From contig OZ024758.1 of assembly GCA_964016885.1 (NCBI GenBank), forward strand, positions 14,136,001 to 14,200,000: 64,000 nt of DNA. Direction: 5' to 3'. This DNA is from Eledone cirrhosa (taxonomy: Eukaryota). Within the stretch, counting starts at the first letter, position 1. Every line of letters starts with the position of its first letter. The notes under the pieces were generated by a model. It did not search any database. It was given only the letters and a program-made list of their open reading frames with translations, and was not told the origin of the DNA. Both the position numbers and the translations under genes were made by a program. Below, one piece after another: positions 1 to 10,900 of the stretch.

Positions 1-345
1 AGCAGTTACCACATAAGATGTCTAAGGCAGATTTGTGGTATAAAATGGGATGATAGAGTGAAAAATAGCAAAGTGCTATTGGATTGCAATATTTATGGAA
101 TAGAAACATTCTTGATCAAAATTTAGATGAGATAGTGTGGCCACATTTTGAGAATGAATGAAGAAAGAATCCCAAAGCAAGTCTTATTTGGTCAACTTAA
201 AGACTTTCATAGAAAAAATAGGCCGGCCACTACTTCACTATAAAGACAAACTTAAGGACAATTTGAAATGTCTGAATGTGAATATTAATAGCTGTGAAAA
301 TGTTGTCAATAATAAGACTGGATGCAGAAAGCAATGTTATATGAA
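1..345 (+). mobile_element. RTE-clade LINE 3' fragment (degenerate ORF2 C-terminus)
   Basis: Across frameshifts it reads GHILRMNEERIPKQVLFGQL...GRPLLHYKDKLKDNLK, the typical RTE ORF2 C-terminus. A (CAT)n tract follows. Confidence 0.7.
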
Positions 346-349
346 ACTT

Positions 350-632
350 TCATCATCATCATCATCATCATCAACGTTTAACGTCCGTGTTCCACGCTTG
401 CATGGGTTTGGACGAGGGTTTTCCCACTTGAGGCAAGAGTGATTGTCTTGCTCGCATAGGACTATCTGGCGGGTTTTCTACAGCTGGATGCCCTTCCTAA
501 CACCAACCACGTTTACAGTGTGGGGCTGGGAGGTTTTTACCGTGTTGCCTACACAGCCACATTACAGCGTGGACTGTGTCTACACGATCTCATTTGTTTC
601 GGCCTGGATGTTGTGGCACCAACATAACTTTA
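350..632 (-). mobile_element. SINE-like repeat with (ATG)n tail (family A)
   Basis: A near-identical inverted copy lies at 56100-56390 and a related copy at 18806-19110. Shared core: gcatgggtttggac...cccacttgaggcaag...gctggatgcccttcctaacaccaacc. Confidence 0.75.
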
Positions 633-1128
633 CATTGAAGAGGCAGTGTGGATGGGGGGGGGGTGTATTTTGTTAGAGATGCCTACTGGCTGTAGTAGGT
701 TTTACTTTGTATTTAGGTATATATATATATCATCATCACCGTTTAATGTCCATTTGATGATGATGATATATACATACATATATATTAAGCTTCATATGGC
801 ATTACTTTTTCAACTCAGACCTATTAATTGCAACATTTTCACATATATATGTTCTAAAAACCATCCTCTCCACATACCCATCCCAATTCAACCCCCAACA
901 TCCACACCTGAATCTACCCCTATTTATATTGTCTCTGTCATTGTGTCATTGAATATTCAGATGAAATTCCAGAGTAACGTGACTCATCTCTTATATATAT
1001 AATAAATTGAAGTGAAAGCAACTGGTGCGTGTGTTTCTTATTGACAACATGACCCTCCCAAAGCATAACAATATCGGTTTCAACACACGTTTTCAGATAA
1101 AGAATCTTGCTAAACAAATTCAGAAACG

Positions 1129-1162
<34 letters not shown>

Positions 1163-1166
<4 letters not shown>

Positions 1167-1630
1167 ATGAAAATGATTGTGTACAGTGCTCAGGTGCACT
1201 ACAACTCATCAAAGGTGCACGTATAGTACATAGAATAATGTACAAATGTCAGGAAAGTGAACAGTGTATGAGTCATGATATACACACAGACACACACACA
1301 CATGAATGCATGTGTATGGAGGGGGAATATCAGGTGTAGTGTTAGCAAATTCCAGGAAGCATGGGAGTTTTGAAGGATGCAGTGACCCAACAGTTAACAA
1401 CTGATGCAGGTAGTTTGTTCCATACTTCAGCAACTCTGAGCGTGAAAAAAATTGTTTCCGAAAGTCATGGGAGCTGTACTGTTTTCTGACTTTATAGGAA
1501 TGCCCACGGGTGTTAGACACATGGAATTCAAAAAGGTGTTCAGGGTTGTTGTTTGAAAGATGGTTAATAATTTTGTCGGTGTCTACCAAGTGAGTTGCCA
1601 GACTTTGGAGCTTTAATGCATCCATGCACC
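1163..1630 (-). mobile_element. CR1/L2-type LINE 3' end (ORF2 tail plus 3' UTR)
   Basis: Minus ORF reads KIINHLSN...TRGHSYKVRKQ...FRKQFFS, a CR1-type ORF2 end. The 3' UTR (ttgtagtgcacctgagcactgtacacaat) recurs at 8745-8965 and 43733-43783 with (TTA)n tails. Confidence 0.75.
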
Positions 1631-1981
1631 GTATAGTCCTGTTTACAGTCGAAAGACACTTATTGTCCCCTGTCTCTATGTTGTGTTGTCTCATATGCAT
1701 TTTCCCAGTCACTTGATCTAACTCGTCATGCAACCAGGGTTCAATATTATGCAATACAATCCTTATGCACAAAATTGCATTGCCCAGGGCTGGCTGAAGA
1801 GGAAGTAGGATGCTTTTGGTCATTAGTCCCACATATTTCATTTGTTTGTTTTTTTGTGCAATTTTGCTATTGTTTCAACTTTGCTTTCATGGTGGACCCC
1901 CTGATATCTTGTATGTTAGAAAGATATGCCTACTGAAGAAAGTTTTCATCTTATTATCTCTACTTATATATATATATATAT

Positions 1982-2113
1982 ATAGGAACAAGTATGACCC
2001 CGACGGCAGAGCTCAATCCGTTTCGACGGCTAATTCTGGACTAAAATATTTTAGTCCAGAATTAGCCGTCGAAACGGCTTGAGCTCTGCCATCGGGGTCA
2101 TACTTCTTCCTAT
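1982..2113. repeat. 132-bp near-perfect palindrome at the head of a Penelope-like element
   Basis: Two 66-bp arms with 3 mismatches, centred at 2047/2048 (ctaaaat|attttag). The element is bounded by (TA)n tracts. Confidence 0.85.
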
Positions 2114-2298
2114 TACCCACTCTACTACCCTAAGTATTGAGTACTTTGGTGCATTATGGTCCATCTGGTTCCTTACCACATTTCCTTCGTTATATATATA
2201 TAGAGAGAGAGAGATAGATAGATAGTAATAATATTTATACTTATAAACGAGTTATATATAATTATAAATATGAAGGGTAGTACTAAGCACTAGCCAAT

Positions 2299-2331
<33 letters not shown>

Positions 2332-2334
<3 letters not shown>

Positions 2335-2666
2335 GAAAGATTTGAATGGATACAGTTTAGTTGAAAGGAATTTATTGACACGTGTTTCTATAACAGTTAC
2401 ATAACCTGAAAACAGCTGCTATCTACAAAGTATTAGTTATGCAGACATTCAATATTTCAATGTTATTATCTACTGTCATTTCATCAGAACAGGTCCTCAG
2501 TAATATTATTCTGATGAAATGACAGTAGATAATAACATTGAAATATTGAATGTCTGCATAACTAATACTTTGTAGATAGCAGCTGTTTTCAGGTTATGTA
2601 ACTGTTATAGAAACACGTGTCAATAAATTCCTTTCAACTAAACTGTATCCATTCAAATCTTTCTAT
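2332..2666. repeat. Perfect 158-bp inverted repeat with 19-bp spacer (Penelope-like inverted terminal repeat)
   Basis: 2332-2489 is the exact reverse complement of 2509-2666. The element sits between (TA)n tracts. Confidence 0.95.
2506..2626 (+). ncRNA. Type I hammerhead ribozyme motif with extended stem II
   Basis: Stem I ttatt/aataa; core CTGATGA at 2511; stem II atgacagt/actgttat; GAAA at 2610; palindromic stem III acacgtgt; GTC cleavage triplet at 2619-2621. Confidence 0.6.
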
Positions 2667-3699
2667 TTTTCTCCGGATTACTTTTGGAACTACAACTGGA
2701 AACGTGAGCTGTCAATCTACTGTGTGTAATATTTATATTACAACACAACGGAAAATACTGTATATATATATATATATAGATTGATAGATATAAACAGTTT
2801 CTGCTTCAGCTGTTAAATATGCTGTGGTGGAATGAAGCATGATGTGGCCCCAGGGCAGTCAAGAGGTTGAAGATGCCATCCGAGCAAAGAAGAAGGCCTA
2901 CAAAGCTTGGCTTGGAATTAAGTCTTTCCTCTTGCATTTGTGGTACAAGCAGGCATGAAGAATCGTAGCAGAGTCGGTAAAGGCGCCCAAAGACATGGGA
3001 AGACTATTTCCAACAATAACAGTATATTTTACGATTTATATATTTTTATACAAAAAAACTGACATCTCACTACTTATTCTGATTAGACAAATGTATGTGA
3101 CCGTAACAATACCAAACCAAGCTTTAGAAAAAACGATTAATGATTTATTGATTCAATTCTGTTGCTTTAGCCCATACATGCATGCACACACATGTATATA
3201 ACAGTAGAAGTTTATTCAATAGCAATAAGTGTATCTACTTTTGGAACAAGCTAGTAATATTGGGGGGGGGGGGGGAGTAACAATGACATCAACTTCAGTA
3301 CTTGACTGATACTTATTTTATCAATAAAAAAGGTGGAAAGTTAATAACAATTATTGCTACTTTTGGCACAAGGCCAGCAATTATCTCAGTACATTACTGG
3401 TGCTTTGTTTTATCGACCCCGTAAGGATAAAAAAGGCAAAGTTAACCTCTGGTTTCTGATTTAGGCACAAGGCCAACAATTTTTGGGTGGGAGAAGAAAG
3501 TCGATTAAATCGGCCTCGTATTTATTTATACACAGAGGTGGACATTCTGTATTTACACAGATGTAACTTTATCATACTTAAACAATTGTTTCAAGGGAGA
3601 TAATTAAAAAATATGAAAGCAAGAGTAAACTCCTTGATAAAACTTGTTAAAACGGTAAACGTTTTGTTTTATTGTTCGTTTATGTGAGGATAGAGGTGT

Positions 3700-3840
3700 A
3701 GGAAGCTCCCAATAGTTGCCAGACGTCGGAGCTTCAATGTATCCATGCTCAGGGAAGCAAGGCGTTCAGAGTATGGTAGGTGCCCGATGGAAGGTATTCG
3801 CTTGGTTGCACGTCTCTGAACAGTTTCCAGGCGGTCAATG
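3700..3840 (-). mobile_element. CR1-type LINE ORF2 fragment
   Basis: Minus strand reads IDRLETVQRRATKRIPSIGHLPYSERLASLSMDTLKLRRLA, containing the LExVQRRATK motif of CR1/L2 ORF2. Confidence 0.75.
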
Positions 3841-4316
3841 TTATATATATACAGCCACTCAACTTAGTTTCGGGTAACTGATCTTTAAATCTGAACATAA
3901 TTGTTAGCTGACTTCTAATTTCCCACAATCCGCCAGATTATTTCACTGGGTGGCCACAGACAGCGCTGATGCAATCGTCCGAATACATAGATTTCTGTGG
4001 CTGTTGAAGCTCCAGTGATTTTCCAGTTAAGGGAAACCCATAACCTAATTTGCTTACATTTATCCATTGTAGCAAAACAGATAACCCAGAGGGTGTCTAG
4101 AACCAATGATGCTGGGAAATCAGAGATCTATCTGTTAACTATCTTAAATATAGTTTTCTGTCGTCTAATCAAATAAGGCTGAATAAATTCGGAAGTATGG
4201 GCCACTGACAACGACGTTCTTGTCATCGTTAGCGGCTCGCCTTACCAAGGTGTCAGATGAGCCCCGTAAATGTGCCTGGTTGTTTCAGAGCCTTAACCTC
4301 GCCATCACCCGCGGTA

Positions 4317-4418
4317 ATGTGAGCGTGTTGGCTTGCCTCAAACATTTCCGTTGACCCTTGTGGTATGTGAGCGTGTTGGCTTGCCTCAAACATTTCCGTT
4401 GACCCTTGTGGCATGTGA
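4317..4418. repeat. 48-bp tandem duplication (about 2 copies)
   Basis: atgtgagcgtgttggcttgcctcaaacatttccgttgacccttgtgg starts at 4317 and again at 4365. Confidence 0.9.
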
Positions 4419-4936
4419 CCGATTGAAGCACTTGGTGGTGAATTGGTGGCTGTTTTTGTGTGTTTTTCTCTCGCTGTGATCACATATTTTTGTGCATTAT
4501 ATTTACAAGGTTTCTAGCAATAATTAATTGTATTTATTATATGTGTTTATATCTTCATTCTGTAAGAATTATAAACAATTTGTCATGTTATTTATACAAC
4601 TTAGTAATAATAAAGAATAAACCACGTCAAGATACCCCTACGTTTTCTCACAGCTAGGCTATGATTTTGTTGATTGTTAATATTAATATAAAGCCTTCTA
4701 TGGATACCAAGGTATTAATTTGAACCTGGTATCTTTGTGTTCCTTTAGTCTTAATAATATTCTCTGTAAGAGAGTGTGAAATATTACAGGTTGTATTTGA
4801 AACTGACAAATGTATTAATCCAAATAACGTGCGGATAAAGTTATTAAATACATATATACGGGGTTGAGTTAATTTCGTTATTCTCCCCCATCTACAGTGC
4901 AAATTTTGTTTTGGGCTGTTTCTCAGATCACGGAAT

Positions 4937-7900
4937 ATGGAGTAAGTATTTATTGTCGAAGCAAATATGTAATTGTTAAACTATATTTTCTTCGTTTCTT
5001 TACACTTTTAACACGGGCTACATAATGGAAACGTTAGAAACAACTTAAGTTGTCCCTATGTTCAGTAGATTTTTCTTTCATTGACACGAATTTGTGAGGA
5101 TACTACGTACCTTCATTGTTATTTTATAAGTTATAATGGCAGAACTCTGCTCAGTGCCGGATTTAGGACAAATGAGGCCCCTTACTTGTGCCCTGAAGGA
5201 GGTTAAAACATTTGGGGGACTGGAAGATGGGCTCTCTCACCCCTGGGCAACGGGGCCCTGTGCTTCAACACACCTAAGCACAATGGTAAATCCGGCACTG
5301 ACTCTCGTAGCAATTTTTCCATGATATCTTAAGGTTTTGCGTATCGTGTGGGCCCGTAACTCCTGATGGAGTTTAGGTTTGTCATAGTGACATACGGCAT
5401 TTCTTACATATTTTAAACCTGGTGGAGCCCATTCCTCTCCAGACGATTTCTTCCAGAGAAGGAGAGAGTGATAGAGAGAAAGCGAAAAAGAGATATAGAA
5501 GATGAATCGACCTCAGTACTATAATGATAGGTGTCATTTAAATAATATTCAATAGGCCTTATTTTTGGTACACACGAGAACCACTTTGCAGCACTTAGAC
5601 TTTTGGCCAAATAGTTAAGTTTGCTTTGCAATCAGGAAGTTCCGTGTTCGATCTTACTGTATGGCATCTTGACTACCTCGGATCGATCTAATCCTTGTAA
5701 GGGAAATTGTTTGGAAGCCCATCGATTGAATTGTACCTGCAAGGTACGCGTATATCTCGAATACTCAGCTACGCTAATTTAGCGACTGAACCGTTTCGTT
5801 GATAGAATTGCGATAATGTTTTTTCTGAACGGGCAGAAATCCATTTATCTCATAATGCCAAGTCAATGCTGATCGAGTAAAGATATATTGCCGTGACCAT
5901 TGTCTTTCTGTCCAGAAGACAGTATATATAGAAATAAATATGAAAAGTGTCGTTCGCTCTTTAAACCTGCGGTATAAGATGTGGTTACCATTTTTAGTAG
6001 GTTGATATATTTTTGAATGACTTCAAAAATATATCGATGATAATTGGCAAAAAGCGTTAGTCTAAATGGTCTATAATATTTACTTTCGACCTACAATATT
6101 CTGTTTAAATCCAACCTCAACATTTGGAGGCATCATATAACCAATACGTGTTGTCCCTCCTCCGACAAATAGCTACCGATTAAAGAAGTTAATACATTTT
6201 AAATTGACATTTAAAAATTTTTTTTTAAAAATCGCATTAATTTTTATTTTATTTATTTATTTTTTTTAGAAAATATACTGAAATTGAAACACCTAAGGTG
6301 AGAAATTGCTTTTTGTTAAATGTCTAATTTTACTTTAGCTATGGTTAAAATTACATTTTGTGAGCTTCCTTCTGTGCTTTACCATCGGTATTAAAATCGT
6401 CTTCATCCATTTACATTTTAAAGGAATTGGAAGTTTTCTCTTAAACTTCTTATATTTAGTGTACGACTTCGAAGTAACGTTAAGTACATATGGATGCTGT
6501 TGATAGATAATGGCAAATATAGACTCTGTTAGTGCTTCCTTACTGTTTGTATAGGAATTTATTCTATAGGTTGTTCCTGATACGGTGTTAATATTTCTTT
6601 AGGCACACGTGTATCTGCGCCGGCAGGGTTCCATCGGCTACTATTAAAGATTAGGATTAGGTCACTATCCTAAAGATTTGTTGGTGGGTGTATATATATT
6701 TTGCTCTAGAAACTCTCTGAAAAAGATTGTCATAATAGAAATTGTCATTAAATACACATTACCTTATTTGGTTTGGGTCTTCTAATGGGTTTTTTTTTTT
6801 AATTTACCTCTGAAGAGGAGGTGGGAATGAACATTTGAACACCTTTTTACAAAATCATAGTCTGTGATATTTAAAACAATTCAATTTATTAGATCAAAAT
6901 GAAAAGCTCCAAAAAGGGTGACAAATATTTATTTTCAATTGGAATTGAATTTTTATTTTTTATGTAGACGCTTAATTTCTAACGTAAAATTTCAAAGAAA
7001 TGCTTGAAAAAAGAATTATGCGGAGTGTATATTCTGAAATCCTCAATATTTCACATATTGGGTATATAATGACCCATTGTATATGGGGTGACCATTGTAA
7101 ATTTAGACTGGTTCGTCATTTTGTTGCAGAACGAGAAAATTGAGACAAATGTGAAGAGTCGCTGAGCTAATTTCAATTCTCAGTCGTTGCTGTTTCATTT
7201 TCGTTTACTTAATATATCATTTTACCTTTACATTATCATATTTATGATGAAAGACACTGCCTATAATTTTCAAATCATTTGGAAAATAATCTAGATTTGT
7301 TGATATCACTATAAATTGGTCAAACATACAGAGCATTGGAAAGGAAGAGCAAGAACTGTGGAAGTATTTAGTAAAACAACTTACCCATTTATCTGGTGTT
7401 TAGGACATAACGTTTCCCCCACACGGTTCGGCTCCGTATCATTAGGGGTAGCGAAGCGGAGACACTGACATCCTGAGATGTTGAATGACAACTGATCTCT
7501 CGATCTAAGGGAGATAAGTTGTTTTGCTCAGTGTATCTGTCTGTACAAAATCCCTTACATAAAACTGTTTTAAGGTTTTTCGATAGATAATAAACTCCTT
7601 AAAACAATTAAGTAGTATAATTAAATTTGTTAGTTTTAGACGGTATGATATCAAAATTTCCTTTTCTTTTCATCCAAATCAAAGGTGCTGTATCTTCTCA
7701 AACGAAGTGATGAGATCAATCTGGGTGCTAGCATTGTGATCCATAGATACGTTGAGTGAATTACGCTTCTTAGAATACAGTACCTTTTTTTTTCTGAAAA
7801 GGAATGAATATTATTTTTCGTCACCTTTTTTATTATTCATTTATTTGTTTATTTTATCTTTTGAACCTAATAAAAATATGAATACATTTGACTATTTGAC

Positions 7901-10900
7901 CAAATTACATGTTACGATTCAAAAAGTCTTCTGTCGTTAACAGCATCGCTTGTTTTCAACGTGACAGTCATAGATTCACTACATTTAATATTAGGGGATG
8001 GGGTTAAATCTAATAATGATTTGTCAGTATTTTTCTAGATTGTTTATATCTTTCAAACACGCATGTGTACTCGATAGGCTTCCATGCGGCTTCTTTCTAC
8101 CAGATTTCACTCAAAGCATTGTTCAACCCTAAGCTATGGTAGAAGACAATTGCTTATGATGCTGCACAACCAATTCTACATTTTTTAATCTAGCAGTTCT
8201 AGTACGAGCCAACGAAAGAGCCATTACACGATCGTTATATTTATAGTAATCAAATCTTCCCTCATACTACGTTTAAAAGGTGAAGGTGACATTTAGACCT
8301 GTATACACTCTGAAAAAGACGGGATGATCACAGCTTGAATCACTTTGTTTATAGTCTACTCGATCAGATAAAATCTAATAAAACTTGACATTGTGAGAGC
8401 TTATTATATTTTGCTTAAGCTGCAATACGTAAATTGCTGGACAGAATTTATGGGCAAAATCAACCGACAGGAAATCCAGAGCAAGATCGTTTCGCCTGGG
8501 GACCCAGGGGGGTCATTTTGAGATGGTTGCTTCTGACAGAACCCGCTGGAAGGCGTACTTAAGAACTCTCTCAGAAATAAGTGGGTGAAGAAGTTGCAAT
8601 ACTGTTAAAATCCACTTATATACCAGATCGATGTAAGGAGCATTCGCATCAACAGGACTCCGATTCAATCAATCAAAATAGATTAGGATCTGAAATAATT
8701 TTGCTAATTTCCAGAAACGTTTATACACTTGTATCTAGACTTATCATGTGCATTGCCCTATGTACTGTACATGCACTTTTTTGATGAGTTGTGGTGCACC
8801 TGGGCACTGTGCACAATATTTCGTTATTGTTATTATATCATGACTCATACACTGTTTATTTTCCTGACATTTGTACATTATTCTATGTACTATACATGCA
8901 CCTTTGATGAGTTGTAGTGCACCTGAGCACTGTACACAATAATTTCATTATTATTATTATTATTATCATGAGCATGTTTTATATTATATTTGTTACCATA
9001 AATATAGTCTATAATTCAATTACATTTCTTCTTCAGCTACCAAAACTCCAGAAGCGTTTTCCATGTGATGGAAGGAACGTCCTAAGACCTAGTAAAGTCC
9101 CACGGTGGATTGCTTCAAATACAGGTATGATTTGGGGTATATTTTAATCTAAATTTCAATAGATATCGTGTTACTTTTTGCTTTTAAATTATTTACGAAT
9201 ATAAATGAAACTTTTATGCCATGCAGTTGAAATTAATTTTGCTTTATGCCAATAACGATTTTTCAAAAAGACGTGAATGGATTCTTTATTTGTAAGTTTC
9301 TCAACTCCTAGAATATACGAGGTCTTATCAAGTCAGAATTGAAGTGATCAAGAGACGTAGATATCTAATGCATTGTGATTGAGTATCCAATGATTTTGTT
9401 TCCCAAATTATACACATAAGAACATTTTCCAAGAATGACTTCTACAAAAAGAACCTGGTTTTGTAGGAATTAATAGGCTGGCAGTTTTACAATATCATTT
9501 TTTCACCTGAAATGTATATATATATATGAAAAACACAATTGTTAATAGACCTATGGACTTAGTTTGAAAAAATCCGATATCTTTTTCTTTATTTAGGCTC
9601 TAAGAACATGAAGGGTAAACTAAACTTTAACCAGAGTTCAAAACGGGTATGATTTCTTTTTTTATGCTTTTTTTTTTTTTTTATTTGACTTCCCTGACAT
9701 CCATAAGTTTACTCTTTCAGCTGAGTCATTAGTGTTGGATTAAATACCTTGGTGTTTGTTCTGGTGCTCAGGGTTCAAATACCACCGAGGTCACCTTTGC
9801 CTTTTATCAAGTCATTGAAATACCAGTTCAATGGTGGTGATTTAGCAGAATATGTATTGTGGTCTCTGTTCCAGCTCTGTACAGTCTGAGTTCAAATCAC
9901 ATCTCCTCCTACCAGGAGTTGAAAACAATTATTCTCATAATGTAGTACCTACTAAGAACAATGAAGATCAGGTCTTTGATAGATAACCCTTTAACATTTT
10001 AACTGAGATCAAAGAAAGAAAAAAAATTCATTAAAACATGAAATATAGTTGCTTGGTTGAAATTCTCAATGTTTCATTTGAAATATCTTCATATTTTTAC
10101 CTTTAACCCTTTAGCATTTAAACTGGCCATATCCGGCCAGAATTCTCTCACCTCTTTCTGATGTTAAGGTATTATTTACAAAATAAATATCAATCTCGTA
10201 AATTTGATATGTGAGATAAAGCCTTCACTGTGAAAATACAATAGTAGACATAGAGTAATGTAAATGCTAAAGGGTTAAAGTGGTACTGACAATAAGAACC
10301 AATTTCTTTACTACTAGTAGTGGTGGCCCAGTCCCATGTTTAACTCTATCGCCAATGATCCTATTTATGGCAGTCAAGGAGATGAAGTAATGTATTTTAT
10401 TGTGAGCCTCATTGACTTTACATGACTGAGAAATCCTGCTGAAGTGGCCTGTACTGTTGGAAGGTATCAAAAACATTGCAGCTTCCAGTGGGGAATGTCC
10501 CACAACTTAAGTTGAATTAGGATGATTGTCTGAATCAGTAGTGTCTGACAAATTGTATCCTGTTATATCCTACCAATATCAACTCAATATGGTTGAAAGG
10601 CAAAGTACTTATAATGCAGAAGTTCTTGCCACTGCCCTGCTAACGGTCATGTAATACCCTCAGCCCTATTTCCAGAGACACCTGCCTATATGCAAATTAT
10701 AAATAATATATAATAAAATCGTCAATTTGTATATAATAAATATAATTTTATTTTACTATATATATGTATGCATCATTTGATATTTAATATACTATTATAT
10801 CATCTCTATCACTCCCCATGGACCTTCTCAACACCTCCTGGTGGGTGGTAGTGCCTCCTTTGAGAACCTCTGCTATAAAGTATTATGGTTGATAAATCAT

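Noticed and set aside
1068-1100. Minus-strand ctgaaaacgtgtgttgaaaccgata as another hammerhead
   Set aside because: The core deviates from CTGANGA; at most a decayed remnant.
1209-1841. 210-aa minus-strand ORF as a gene
   Set aside because: Chimera of a CR1 ORF2 tail and flanking sequence.
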